Origin: an uncultured Candidatus Saccharibacteria bacterium | Lineage (GTDB): Bacteria; Patescibacteriota; Saccharimonadia; Saccharimonadales; Saccharimonadaceae | Reading direction: 5' to 3' | Assembly (NCBI GenBank): GCA_963552615.1 | Contig: CAUVKG010000003.1 | Span: forward strand, 15,163 to 79,162 | Length of the DNA stretch: 64,000 nt | Shown: one piece after another, positions 41,857 to 51,828 of the stretch | How the letters are laid out: the number at the start of each line of letters is the position of its first letter | Numbering within the stretch: the stretch's first letter is position 1 | Translations under genes and position numbers: made by a program | The notes under the pieces: model-generated | Databases searched by the model: none | Told to the model about the DNA's origin: nothing | Seen by the model: the letters and a program-made list of their open reading frames with translations, nothing else

Positions 41857-43897
41857 GGCGGAGCTCAAAAATATCCGACAGAGCAAGATGCTGCTGGTCA
41901 CTACCATCGCTATTTGTTGTATCCCGGTACTGTATGCCGTAGTTTTCCTGAAAGGCATCTGGGATCCATATAGCCACTTGGATCAGCTCAAGGTTGCCGT
42001 AGTCAACCAAGATCAGCCGGTGTCGTACCAAGGCAAGACGATGAACCTGGGGCAAAAGGTGGTCGATAGCCTGCACCGCAACCGCACCTTCGACTGGCAG
42101 TTCGTTGACGAGGATGAGGCAAAGCAGGGAATGAAGGATAATAAATACTACCTGGCGGTAACCATCCCGACTGACTTCTCCCATAACGCCACTACCGTTA
42201 CACAGCTTGACCCGCAGCAATTAAAGCTCCGTTATCAGACTAATGCTTCACTTAATTACCCGATCGAGACGGTAGCGAGTACGGCAGTCAGCCGGATCAA
42301 GTCGCAGATCTCTGCCGAGATTACCACCACCTATGCCAACGCCCTGATAGATATTATCAAGCAGTCGGGACGAGGGCTTCAGACTGCTTCCGCCGGGGCA
42401 GGCGAGCTGAGTAGCGGAGCAGGCAAGCTGTCGGATGGGCTAGTCCGGCTGTCTAATGGCACCGACACTCTTGCTAGCGGCTCTCATCAGCTGGCTAGTG
42501 GCTCGGCCGGTCTGGCCAACGGAGTAGACCGGTTGACTAATCAGACTTTAGACCTAGGCACGGGTATGAAAGCATCTTTGCCTCAGCTTGATCAGCTGAA
42601 TAACGGCGCTAGTAGTCTCGCCAAGTCTCTTCAGCTAGCCGGTCAACAGACCAAGACAGAGCTAAACGGACTCAGTAGCAGCCTCATCAGACTGGATCAG
42701 TTCAAGACGACCGCCGGCAGCAGCCTTGGTCATATCGGCACCGTCCTAAGCGACCCCGATATCCGGTTAGCCATAGCTAGGAAGGCGCAGAGTGGCAGCA
42801 ACCCTCAGTTCACCCAGTCCGCCAAAGCCCTAGCGCAGCTAGACTTGGCTAAGCTCCAGGCTAGCCTGGCTCAATTACCGGACGTTCAAACCACTACTAA
42901 CCATTTCACTAAGCTGACTAATGGACTTGACCAGCTGACCCAAGGTGCTAACCAACTAGCCGATGGCACCAACCGCTTGGCAAGTCAGCTCCACCGGACT
43001 AGCGACCAGCTCAATAGCCCCTTGACCAAGACAAAACTTCACCAGCTGGCGAGTGGGGCGAGCCAGCTAAATAGCGGCATTACCCGACTGGACGCCAACA
43101 TACCGACGCTCAAGAGTGGCGTAAATCAGCTAGCAAGCGGAGCAAATCAATTAGCTGATGGTAGCGAATTACTCCGAGCTAGGCTACAATCCGGTGCCGA
43201 CACTATCGCCAAGACACCGATATCCGGTAAAACCGCTCGCCAGATTAGCCAGCCGGTCACCCTGGAGCATCAGCGCCGGAGTCAGGTTCCTAACTATGCC
43301 CACGGCCTGGCGCCGTACTTCTTCTCAGTCGCTATCTTCGTCGGCTGTCTGGTCTTCTGCTCAATCTACCCGGTAGAGCGTAAAGCTGACCGGCGGGGTA
43401 GTTGGCGAGGCTGGTATCTCAGCAAGGTCACCATCGGTGCCGGCGTCGCCACTGCCATGGCGCTGATCATGGGAGTGATCATGCAGGGAGTCGGCTTTCA
43501 CTTGGCTAACCCCGTCCGCTTCTACGCTATCCTCATCCTCTATGCTAATGCCATGATGTTTCTCAATCTCTTCCTCGCCATATCGATGGGTAATATCGGA
43601 CGCTTCATCGGTATGGTGATCATGATTCTATCGCTTGGCTCAGCCGGCGGCACTTTCCCAATTGAGACCTCGCCGGGGTTATATCAAGCTCTTCACCAAG
43701 TAGTCCCCATGGCATACTCACTGACCACCATTCGCTCCGCCATCGCCGGCGGCATCACCGAGTCGTCGGTTACCGCCTCATACATCTACATGACCGTCAC
43801 CTTGGTGATCAGCCTATCTTTACTAGCCTTCGCCATGTCACACCGAGCCAAGCACCAATCAAGTCCGACCAAGCTAGCCGGTACTCATTCTCACTAG
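41849..43897 (+). CDS. YhgE/Pip-domain membrane protein
   Basis: AGGAGG then ATG 41849 (ATGATTAA overlap with Rrf2). N-terminus MIKAELKNIRQSKMLLVTTIAI..AVVNQD. Repeated QLASGxxxLxxG coiled units. C-terminal 5-TM ABC-2-like domain. Confidence 0.8.
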   Translation: MIKAELKNIRQSKMLLVTTIAICCIPVLYAVVFLKGIWDPYSHLDQLKVAVVNQDQPVSYQGKTMNLGQKVVDSLHRNRTFDWQFVDEDEAKQGMKDNKYYLAVTIPTDFSHNATTVTQLDPQQLKLRYQTNASLNYPIETVASTAVSRIKSQISAEITTTYANALIDIIKQSGRGLQTASAGAGELSSGAGKLSDGLVRLSNGTDTLASGSHQLASGSAGLANGVDRLTNQTLDLGTGMKASLPQLDQLNNGASSLAKSLQLAGQQTKTELNGLSSSLIRLDQFKTTAGSSLGHIGTVLSDPDIRLAIARKAQSGSNPQFTQSAKALAQLDLAKLQASLAQLPDVQTTTNHFTKLTNGLDQLTQGANQLADGTNRLASQLHRTSDQLNSPLTKTKLHQLASGASQLNSGITRLDANIPTLKSGVNQLASGANQLADGSELLRARLQSGADTIAKTPISGKTARQISQPVTLEHQRRSQVPNYAHGLAPYFFSVAIFVGCLVFCSIYPVERKADRRGSWRGWYLSKVTIGAGVATAMALIMGVIMQGVGFHLANPVRFYAILILYANAMMFLNLFLAISMGNIGRFIGMVIMILSLGSAGGTFPIETSPGLYQALHQVVPMAYSLTTIRSAIAGGITESSVTASYIYMTVTLVISLSLLAFAMSHRAKHQSSPTKLAGTHSH

Positions 43898-43946
43898 ACT
43901 AAGCATTAGCATAAGCAGTGTTAGTCTGATACAATGAAGGGTAGTT

Positions 43947-45725
43947 ATGAGTGGGCAAGTACCGAAAGGGAAGCAGCGGGCTTCCCAAGCTAAGATTGAA
44001 GATGTCGCTGAGTTTTACCAGACGATCGACCGTCGCAACCTGATCCACAAGATCAGCCCCGTGCGACCATACGTTTACACCACCATGGAGGTCTACGACC
44101 AGGCTAATGGTATCCGTGGGGCAGGAGGACTGGGCGTGCTGGCTGCCGACACCCGTCGGGTGGCGGAAGACCTGGAGATACCATTCGTCACTTTAACCCC
44201 CTTCTACCAGACTGAGCGACACCAGCGCCTGGAGAAACTTGAGCCACATGACGACTATGTTAGCCGTAGCCCCGAGGCAGAAGGTTTCCAGGCGATCGGG
44301 CAGGTGGTGCTTCATATCAAAGACAAGCCTGACGCTACGCTGGATATCTACCAGAAGCAGCTGGGTAGCAGTCGTTTCCTCTGCATGACCGAGCCAAACT
44401 TCGGGCCGCTCTACTGCGATACACCTTCCAGTGACCACCGTCTCTATCAGATGACATCGCTCGGCTTCGGTGGCTATGCCGCCCTCAAGATGGCTGACCT
44501 TAAACCCGCCGTTATCCAGCTCAACGAGACCGCCACTGTCTTCGCCGCCGTAGCCCGCCTGGATGAGCTCTGTAGTAACGGTATGAATCTGTATGAGGCG
44601 ATCGTCTACATTCGTAAGCACACCCTCTATACCAATCACACCTTAGTGCAAGCCGCCGAGTCGCAATTCAGCTACGAGCAGTTTGACCGCTTCGTCTTTC
44701 CTAATATCAAATCACCGGCAGTTGACCACTACATCGGCGGGCTATTCCGAGACGGCTATCTGCAGCTTAGCAGCTTGACGATTGAGCTGGCCGAGGCGAA
44801 GAACTGCGTCTCTAAGCTCCACGCCAAGGTAGCTGATTATCACGATCTGTCGGGCGAGAAGACTCACTTCAGCGCCATCACTAATGGTATCCACCTGCAG
44901 AGTTGGGTTAAGCCGGAGCTACTTGATTTCTACAAGCACAGCGGCATCATTGACCGTTTCAACATGCCCGGAGCGGCAACTGCTGATCAGATTCGCCGGA
45001 TCTTTCGGGCTAATCTTAGCCGGCTGCGTCAGCTCAAGCAGCAGGGTAGAGCTCAGCTCAATAGCGAGCTGGCTCATCGACAAGACCAGTACGGAGCTGT
45101 AGTCCAGATCCCTGAGGACGCCATCCTACTGGAGTACAAGCGCCGTTTTGTCGAGTACAAGCGCCCCTGGATGCCTTTCGAGGATATCGAGCAGCTCAAG
45201 GGTATCTTAGTTAGTTACAACGCTCATTACATTATGGCGGGAATGATCGCCGGTAATGTCTCGGCTAATGATTCTACCTACCGGAAGCTGGCGAGTATGC
45301 TACAGCGCATCGCTGACGACCCGGTCCTCAGGCGACGAGTTCACTACATCACCGACTATGACGAGAACCTGGCTAGAGCGATGAGCTTCGGCTCAGATAT
45401 CTCGGTCAATGTGCCGGTAGTCGGTCTGGAGGCCTGTGGCACGTCATTTATGAAAGACCTAGCTAACTTAGCATTGCTGGTGACCACTAATGACGGTGGC
45501 GTTGCCGATGTTGCTCCACCGACCACTCTGCTGGTCAGTGGTGACGACTATCAGGAGGAGGTTAGCTCGCTCTACAGTCGCCTGCGCCAAGCCATCAATA
45601 TCTGTCGCCATGACGATCGCTGGAGCGACGCCGTCGCCACTACCTTAGCCGGTTACCTTACCACTATTTGTGGTGCCAGGATGATGCGAGATTATCTCCA
45701 CTACCTCTTCCGCTCTGATGACTAG
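43947..45725 (+). CDS. glgP: Alpha-glucan phosphorylase (GT35, short form)
   Basis: GAGGLGVLAAD, YTNHTLV, AITNGIH, PLP-Lys context EACGTSFMK. Confidence 0.85.
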   Translation: MSGQVPKGKQRASQAKIEDVAEFYQTIDRRNLIHKISPVRPYVYTTMEVYDQANGIRGAGGLGVLAADTRRVAEDLEIPFVTLTPFYQTERHQRLEKLEPHDDYVSRSPEAEGFQAIGQVVLHIKDKPDATLDIYQKQLGSSRFLCMTEPNFGPLYCDTPSSDHRLYQMTSLGFGGYAALKMADLKPAVIQLNETATVFAAVARLDELCSNGMNLYEAIVYIRKHTLYTNHTLVQAAESQFSYEQFDRFVFPNIKSPAVDHYIGGLFRDGYLQLSSLTIELAEAKNCVSKLHAKVADYHDLSGEKTHFSAITNGIHLQSWVKPELLDFYKHSGIIDRFNMPGAATADQIRRIFRANLSRLRQLKQQGRAQLNSELAHRQDQYGAVVQIPEDAILLEYKRRFVEYKRPWMPFEDIEQLKGILVSYNAHYIMAGMIAGNVSANDSTYRKLASMLQRIADDPVLRRRVHYITDYDENLARAMSFGSDISVNVPVVGLEACGTSFMKDLANLALLVTTNDGGVADVAPPTTLLVSGDDYQEEVSSLYSRLRQAINICRHDDRWSDAVATTLAGYLTTICGARMMRDYLHYLFRSDD

Positions 45726-45760
45726 ATAGCCGAGGTAGGCGAGAAGCAACCACCTTAGCC

Positions 45761-45789
45761 AAAAAGATATCGCCGGCACACAAGCCGGC
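45761..45789 (-). terminator. Candidate terminator hairpin for the minus-strand ABC operon
   Basis: GCCGGC-ACACAA-GCCGGC stem-loop followed on the minus strand by GATATCTTTTT. Confidence 0.45.
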
Positions 45790-45846
45790 TTAGCTTTAGC
45801 GGGCTTTCACCTATAAGTACCGGCGCACAATCCACCTCGGCTACCG

Positions 45847-47151
45847 TTACTCGTAGCGCAACGCCTGAATGGGGTCTTGCTTGGTCGCTCGTTTAGCCGG
45901 CAGAGTACCGGCCAGGAAAGCCACCACCATGACTATCACCACGATCGCCCCGACATAGAGAGGATTGAGCTCAATCAGATTGAAGCCGGGTAAGCCGGAC
46001 AAGAAGTTGCGCCCTGCCCACGGATTAACTGTCTGCTTGATCACCACTGCCAGACCGGCCGCCAGCATCCCGCCCCAGAAGCCCAAGCTTACCGCCTCCA
46101 GGCTAAATAAGGCAAAGATCCGCCCCGAGCTTAGCCCCATCGCTTTCATCAGACCGATCTCACGAGTGCGCTCCTGCACTGACATCAGCAAGGTATTGAC
46201 TATGCCGATCGAAGCAGTGATCAGAGCGATCACCCCGAAGATAGTCAGGATCACCGTAATGGCGTTAAAGAAGAGCTTGATCGACGAAATGTAATCATCC
46301 TCCGAGATACTGCTATAGCCCATATTGGTCAGCTCCTGCTTGATCTGAGCCAGTTTTTCTTTCGACTCGTAGCCGGGCTTGACCTGGATGATGATCAAGC
46401 CATGCTGGCTCTGCAAGGCTTCGGGCATGCCGGCCAGGTAAGCACTCCTGATCAGTTGGCCTGCAGCATCGTTCAGGAATACTCGACCGAAGCCGACAAT
46501 GCTCTGATTTTGTACGCCGACTATTCTGATCTTCACTTCATCTATCTGACCACCCAGCCGGTGCGGTACGCCCACTCGAACCATCTGTCCTATCGCTTGC
46601 TTGGCGGAACTAAAGCCAAGCGGCTCCAGATAGCGATCAGGCAAGATAGCCTCCGCCTCTGAGCCGTCAATCCGAACACTGCGACCGGCCGCCAGATCCA
46701 GCTTGATGCTGCTAGCCGCCAGTGGTCCGACCGTCAGCTTGTACTTCTTAGCCTCGTCCCGGTCACGAGTGATATAGCTCGGGTAGAGGAGGTCACTTAG
46801 CTTAGCCAGCTTGACTCCCTTGAGACGCTTGATCCCGGCCAAGTCACGATCGGTCAGCGATACCTGCTGACTCTGCCCCTGATTACTTCGGTATTCCTGT
46901 ACCTCGGTTGCTCCCAACGTCATCATGCTCGACATCCGATCGGCTATACCTTTAGGCATGACCTCAATGATATCGTTGCCACCGGTACTCTCGACCTGCT
47001 TGTCGATATAGCCATTGACTCCGGCATTGATGCCGACGGTCAACATGATAGTTAACGAGCCGACCGTGATCGCCAGGGTAGTCAAGATAGTTCTCGAACG
47101 ATTACACCATAGGTTATGATTCGCTCGCTTGATAATATCCGTAAGTCTCAT
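45847..47151 (-). CDS. MacB/FtsX-type ABC permease
   Basis: TM1 plus ~250-aa periplasmic domain plus 3 TMs. GLMKAMGLS and the ending DPIQALRYE are typical. Confidence 0.85.
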   Translation of the reverse strand: MRLTDIIKRANHNLWCNRSRTILTTLAITVGSLTIMLTVGINAGVNGYIDKQVESTGGNDIIEVMPKGIADRMSSMMTLGATEVQEYRSNQGQSQQVSLTDRDLAGIKRLKGVKLAKLSDLLYPSYITRDRDEAKKYKLTVGPLAASSIKLDLAAGRSVRIDGSEAEAILPDRYLEPLGFSSAKQAIGQMVRVGVPHRLGGQIDEVKIRIVGVQNQSIVGFGRVFLNDAAGQLIRSAYLAGMPEALQSQHGLIIIQVKPGYESKEKLAQIKQELTNMGYSSISEDDYISSIKLFFNAITVILTIFGVIALITASIGIVNTLLMSVQERTREIGLMKAMGLSSGRIFALFSLEAVSLGFWGGMLAAGLAVVIKQTVNPWAGRNFLSGLPGFNLIELNPLYVGAIVVIVMVVAFLAGTLPAKRATKQDPIQALRYE

Positions 47152-47861
47152 TTCCGCTCCTTTTGATCACCGACGACTTGACCATCGGCAATCCGAACTT
47201 GCCGACCGCAACGCTGAGCTAAGTCAGGATCATGGGTAACAATGACCAAGGTGATACCTCGCTCTTGATTAAGCCGAAAGAGCATATCCTCCACTACTCG
47301 ACTGGTCGCCGTATCCAGATTGCCGGTCGGTTCATCGGCTAAGATGATGGAAGGCTTGTTGACAATCGCCCGAGCGATGCAGACTCGCTGCTTCTGCCCG
47401 CCCGATAGGTCACTCGCCCGAGCGTAAGCCTTGTCCAGCAACCCGACTGTCTCCAGGGCATCCAGCGCCCGCTTGCGACGCAGCTTAGGACGAATCCCGG
47501 CGATCACCATCGGCAGCATGACATTGTCTAAGACACTATCTCTGGCATTCATAAAGAATTGCTGGAAAACAAAGCCGATCTCCTGATTGCGTAGACGATT
47601 GGAGGCACGCCTGGAGCGCCGTCCGACTTCTGAGCCATTAATCAATACCTTGCCACTAGTCGGTCTATCGAGTGTTGCCATGACATGAGCCAGGGTAGAC
47701 TTGCCACTGCCGCTTCTACCGATGATGGCTATCGCCTCGCCCGAGCGGATATCCAGGTCGATACCTCGCAGCGCCTCGACGGCATTGTCGCCCTTGCCAT
47801 ACACTTTGGTCACTCGGTGCAACGAAATAATCGGCTTAGACTCAGACTTATTGGTCACCAT
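47148..47861 (-). CDS. ABC transporter ATP-binding protein (MacB/LolD-like)
   Basis: [33 protein letters not shown]. 4-nt overlap with the permease. Confidence 0.92.
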   Translation of the reverse strand: MVTNKSESKPIISLHRVTKVYGKGDNAVEALRGIDLDIRSGEAIAIIGRSGSGKSTLAHVMATLDRPTSGKVLINGSEVGRRSRRASNRLRNQEIGFVFQQFFMNARDSVLDNVMLPMVIAGIRPKLRRKRALDALETVGLLDKAYARASDLSGGQKQRVCIARAIVNKPSIILADEPTGNLDTATSRVVEDMLFRLNQERGITLVIVTHDPDLAQRCGRQVRIADGQVVGDQKERK

Positions 47862-47898
47862 AACTAGCTTTAGTTTATCATATCCTGAGCCTGCGCCG

Positions 47899-47907
47899 TG
47901 GTATAAT
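47899..47907 (+). promoter_or_regulatory. Extended -10 TGgTATAAT 7 nt upstream of GTG 47915 (leaderless-type)
   Basis: TATAAT 47902-47907, GTG 47915. Confidence 0.4.
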
Positions 47908-47914
47908 TCAGCTA

Positions 47915-49852
47915 GTGAGAACGATCAAACAGTGGGCAGATCTATATGACTCAGCTGACTTTCATCAGCAGTACTATTATGACGGCAATGATCTCGGCGC
48001 TACCGTGACGGAGCAGGAGACCGTGATCAAGCTATGGAGTCCGGTCGCCCAAACCATCAAGCTCAACTTCTACCACGACGGTAAATCGGCAGGTCAGCCT
48101 TACTGGCAAGCCACTATGACTGAGCAGACGAACGGCGTCTGGGTGTGGTCAGCCCCTCGCAGCTTTCATGGCGCCTATTACGACTTCACCATTACCATTG
48201 ACGGCGAGACTTATCTAGCCGGCGACCCCTACGCTCGCACCACCGGTATCAATGGTAGACGAGCCATGCTGGTAGACCTCAGTCAGACTAATCCGCTCGA
48301 CTGGCTAAACGACCGCCCGCCCAAGCTCACGCCGGAGCAAATCATCGACGAGATACACATCAAGGAGTTTTCGTCCGATCCGGCCGGTGGCTGGGCCGAG
48401 CCGGTGCGAGGCAAGTTCTTAGCCCTGGCTATCCCCGACACCAGCCTGAATAGTGACGGTCGGACCAAGACAGGGCTGGCTTACCTCAAGCATATCGGCA
48501 TCACCCACTTGCAGCTCATGCCCATCTACGACTTCGGCTCGGTCGACGAGCGGAGCGGCAGCGAGTTTAACTGGGGCTACGACCCGGTTAATTACAATGT
48601 GCCGGAGGGCTCGTACTCGACTGACCCCTGCCACGGCGAGGTGCGCATCAGAGAGCTCAAACGAGCTATCCAGTCACTCCACCAGCAGGGCTTTCGAGTG
48701 ATTATGGACGTAGTCTACAATCACACCTGGAGCTTAGATACAGCGCTAGAGCAGACCATGCCTTATTACTTCTATCGCACTAAGGATGGTGAGCTTACCA
48801 ATGGCTCGGGGTGCGGTAACGATCTGGCCAGCGAGCGGTCAATGGTAGCCAAATACATCACCGACAGCGTCCTCTACTGGACAAACGAGTATCACCTCGA
48901 CGGCTTTCGCTTTGACTTGATGGGAGTGCTGACGGTGGAGCTGATGAACCGGATCCAAGATCTCCTTGACCGGCAGTTCGGAGCAGGCGAGAAGCTCATC
49001 TACGGTGAGCCTTGGGCGGCCGGTAGCAGTGCGGCTATGGACGGACAGCCGCTGGCTAATCGAGACAACCTTAAGCTCCTGAGTCACCGCATCGGCATCT
49101 TTTGTGACAAGACCAGAGATGCCATTAAAGGGTCGGCCGGCAATATAGCGGAAGCCGGCTTCGTCAATGGAGCAGCGGATAAAGAGGAAGCACTCCTGAG
49201 GAGTGCTGTGGCTTGGTGTGGCGAAGGCTCAGACGTCGCTAGCCCGGCGCAGATCATCAACTACGTCTCTGCTCATGACAATCAGACTCTCTGGGACAAG
49301 CTCACCAGCACCACGCCCGACGAGTCGCTGCGTCGCAAACAGTACCGTCTCGCCGTCGGCATCTATCTGACCTGCCAGGGACGACCCTTCATGCTGTCGG
49401 GCTCGACTTTTCGTCGGACCAAGCACGGCCAGAGCAATTCCTACCGCTCGCCGATCGAGCTTAGCCAGCTCGACTGGAGTAGAGTAGGTGAGGAGCGGTC
49501 ACTAGCCGAGTTTTATCGAGGACTTATCTCTCTTCGTCAGCAGCTGCCCGCTCTCTACGACAAATCGCCTAGCGCCTACCGGCGTCAATACGATAGTTGG
49601 CACACCTCCGGCGTAGTCGGCTTCTCGCTGGATAACGACGACCAGGACCATTCATCACCCTGGGCTAAGCTGATGATTGTCTATAATCGCAATCAAGCAC
49701 CCCATCTCCTTAACCTTAACGGCAAGTGGCAAGTTTTAGCTACCACCAATGATACCCGGCTGTGGCAGAATCCTCAATCGGCCGAGAGCGAAATCGGCGT
49801 TGAGCCGGTCAGTTTCATCATCCTGGGGCAGAGACGTGAAGCGAATCATTGA
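47915..49852 (+). CDS. pulA: GH13 pullulanase / debranching-type alpha-glucosidase
   Basis: All four GH13 regions are present: MDVVYNHT, GFRFDLMG, YGEPW, YVSAHDN. NWGYDP is typical of pullulanases. Confidence 0.85.
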   Translation: MRTIKQWADLYDSADFHQQYYYDGNDLGATVTEQETVIKLWSPVAQTIKLNFYHDGKSAGQPYWQATMTEQTNGVWVWSAPRSFHGAYYDFTITIDGETYLAGDPYARTTGINGRRAMLVDLSQTNPLDWLNDRPPKLTPEQIIDEIHIKEFSSDPAGGWAEPVRGKFLALAIPDTSLNSDGRTKTGLAYLKHIGITHLQLMPIYDFGSVDERSGSEFNWGYDPVNYNVPEGSYSTDPCHGEVRIRELKRAIQSLHQQGFRVIMDVVYNHTWSLDTALEQTMPYYFYRTKDGELTNGSGCGNDLASERSMVAKYITDSVLYWTNEYHLDGFRFDLMGVLTVELMNRIQDLLDRQFGAGEKLIYGEPWAAGSSAAMDGQPLANRDNLKLLSHRIGIFCDKTRDAIKGSAGNIAEAGFVNGAADKEEALLRSAVAWCGEGSDVASPAQIINYVSAHDNQTLWDKLTSTTPDESLRRKQYRLAVGIYLTCQGRPFMLSGSTFRRTKHGQSNSYRSPIELSQLDWSRVGEERSLAEFYRGLISLRQQLPALYDKSPSAYRRQYDSWHTSGVVGFSLDNDDQDHSSPWAKLMIVYNRNQAPHLLNLNGKWQVLATTNDTRLWQNPQSAESEIGVEPVSFIILGQRREANH

Positions 49853-51017
49853 TGAGGTGGTCAAGCTGGAGCAGCTGGTCCCGGGCGGGCAAGCTATCGG
49901 CAACCTAGCTGATGGCAGGAAGGTCTTCGTCTGGGGAGCTTTACCGGGCGAGACCGCCCTAATCCGGCTAACCAAGCTGAAGAAGACTCACGCCGAAGCC
50001 ATCGTCAACGAGGTCATCAAGCCGTCGCCCGATCGGATCGCCCCGAGGGACGATTGCTTCCTCGCCACTTCACCCTGGCAGATCATGACCGAACCTGCCG
50101 AAAACCGGCATAAGGTGGCGCTGGTCAAAGAAGCTTTCCGTCAGCACCGGGTGGAGATCGAGCCGAACGAAATCGCCGGCGACGGGCAGTATTATCACTA
50201 CCGCAACAAGATGGAGTATTCGCTGTGGTGGGATCATCAGACTGAGCGCATCTACCCGGCTTTTCACCAGCGGGGTAGCCACCGCAAGATTGCCGTACAG
50301 CGCAGCTCGATAGAACGGGTCGAGATTTGGCAGGAGGCTAATCGCCTGATCGATCAGCTCAATAGCACCGGAGCTCAAGCCCGCCACTATCAATCAATCA
50401 TGATCAGGTGCAACCGGGCGGGGCAGGTTAGCAGTGCTCTCTTCGCTATGAATCAGCCTCACCCTCAGATGGAACAGCTTAGCGATACTATATTAGGGCA
50501 CCGCTATACCTACTCGCCAAACGGCTTCTTCCAGATCAACCTGCCGGTCTATCAGCTGGCGCTACAGACCATCAAGCCATTCATCACCACCAACCAAGTC
50601 GTAGATATGTACGCCGGCGTCGGCACTATCGGGCTATCGGTGGCTCGTGACCGCCGGTTAGCCTTGGTTGAAACCGATCGCCATGCCTTTGGCGAGCTGG
50701 AGCACAATTTACCCGGCGATCATCCTAACATCACCGCCATACACGCTCGTTCCGAAGAGGCATTAGAGTATATCACGCCCGAGGCTGCCATCATCGTCGA
50801 CCCACCTCGGGCCGGACTGGATGGCAAGTTGGTTGCCCGTCTAGCCGAGGTAAAGCCGCCTCGTCTCATCTACCTCTCCTGCAATCCCGTCACCCAGGCT
50901 CGAGATATCGCTCGTCTCGGCTCAGATTATCGCCCCATCCTTTGCCAACCGTTTAACTTCTTCCCTCGCACACCTCACATCGAGAACCTGGTGGTGCTGG
51001 ACTTAGCCTCCGGTTAG
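49836..51017 (+). CDS. TRAM-domain RNA (uracil-5)-methyltransferase (RlmD/TrmA family)
   Basis: GTG 49836 overlaps the pullulanase stop. DMYAGVGTIGL, VDPPRAGL, YLSCNP (catalytic Cys). Confidence 0.8.
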   Translation: MKRIIDEVVKLEQLVPGGQAIGNLADGRKVFVWGALPGETALIRLTKLKKTHAEAIVNEVIKPSPDRIAPRDDCFLATSPWQIMTEPAENRHKVALVKEAFRQHRVEIEPNEIAGDGQYYHYRNKMEYSLWWDHQTERIYPAFHQRGSHRKIAVQRSSIERVEIWQEANRLIDQLNSTGAQARHYQSIMIRCNRAGQVSSALFAMNQPHPQMEQLSDTILGHRYTYSPNGFFQINLPVYQLALQTIKPFITTNQVVDMYAGVGTIGLSVARDRRLALVETDRHAFGELEHNLPGDHPNITAIHARSEEALEYITPEAAIIVDPPRAGLDGKLVARLAEVKPPRLIYLSCNPVTQARDIARLGSDYRPILCQPFNFFPRTPHIENLVVLDLASG

Positions 51018-51066
51018 CCCATGAGCTTGCCACGGCTGAAGACCTGGACTATACTAATAATCAGTA

Positions 51067-51828
51067 ATGACAGGTGGGAAAGAGGTAAACCAAAAAGTAG
51101 CCGGTGGCAGTAGTGCCATATTGCTAAGTCAAGTTAGCCAATCTTATCAGCTCAGGCGTCAGACCGTGACCGCCCTAAGGAATGTATCGTTAAGCATTCA
51201 GCCGGGCGAGTTTGTCGCTATTACCGGAGAAAGTGGCAGTGGTAAGAGTACTATGCTGCGACTGATCGGTGCCCTGGAGAAACCTTCAGCCGGTCAGGTC
51301 TACATCAATGGACAAGACATCGCCAAACTCAACGACAACCAGCTGAGTCAGCTACGTAGCACCAGTATCGGCTTCGTTTTCCAGGCGTTTCACCTCCAGC
51401 CGTTCCTCTCTGTCGTCAATAATGTCGTAGTGCCGACGATGTTTGCCGGACAGCCCTACAATCAAGCCCGAGATAAGGCTCGCCAGACTCTCTACGCCGT
51501 CGGACTTGACGAGAAGATCGATGCCTTGCCGAGCGAACTATCGGGCGGGCAAGCTCAGCGAGTCGCCATCTGCCGAGCCATCATCAATCGCCCTAGCATA
51601 TTGCTAGCTGACGAACCGACCGGCAACCTGGACTCAGTCAACAGCCAGACCATCACTAGTATCTTTCATCAGATTAATCGCCAGCTTGGTACGACAGTAG
51701 TGATAGTTACCCATAATCAGCAGATCGCCAGAGAAGCCGACCGAGTCATTGAGCTACGTGATGGGATGATCGTCAGAGATACAGCCGCCCCCAACCGACC
51801 GGAAGAGACGAAGGCGGAGGTGCTATGA
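51067..51828 (+). CDS. ABC transporter ATP-binding protein (MacB/LolD-like)
   Basis: [33 protein letters not shown]. Confidence 0.92.
   Translation: MTGGKEVNQKVAGGSSAILLSQVSQSYQLRRQTVTALRNVSLSIQPGEFVAITGESGSGKSTMLRLIGALEKPSAGQVYINGQDIAKLNDNQLSQLRSTSIGFVFQAFHLQPFLSVVNNVVVPTMFAGQPYNQARDKARQTLYAVGLDEKIDALPSELSGGQAQRVAICRAIINRPSILLADEPTGNLDSVNSQTITSIFHQINRQLGTTVVIVTHNQQIAREADRVIELRDGMIVRDTAAPNRPEETKAEVL

Noticed and set aside
41849-43897. The 'phage infection protein' (Pip) family name as evidence for a prophage
   Set aside because: YhgE/Pip is a host membrane protein. No capsid, tail, terminase or integrase genes are nearby.
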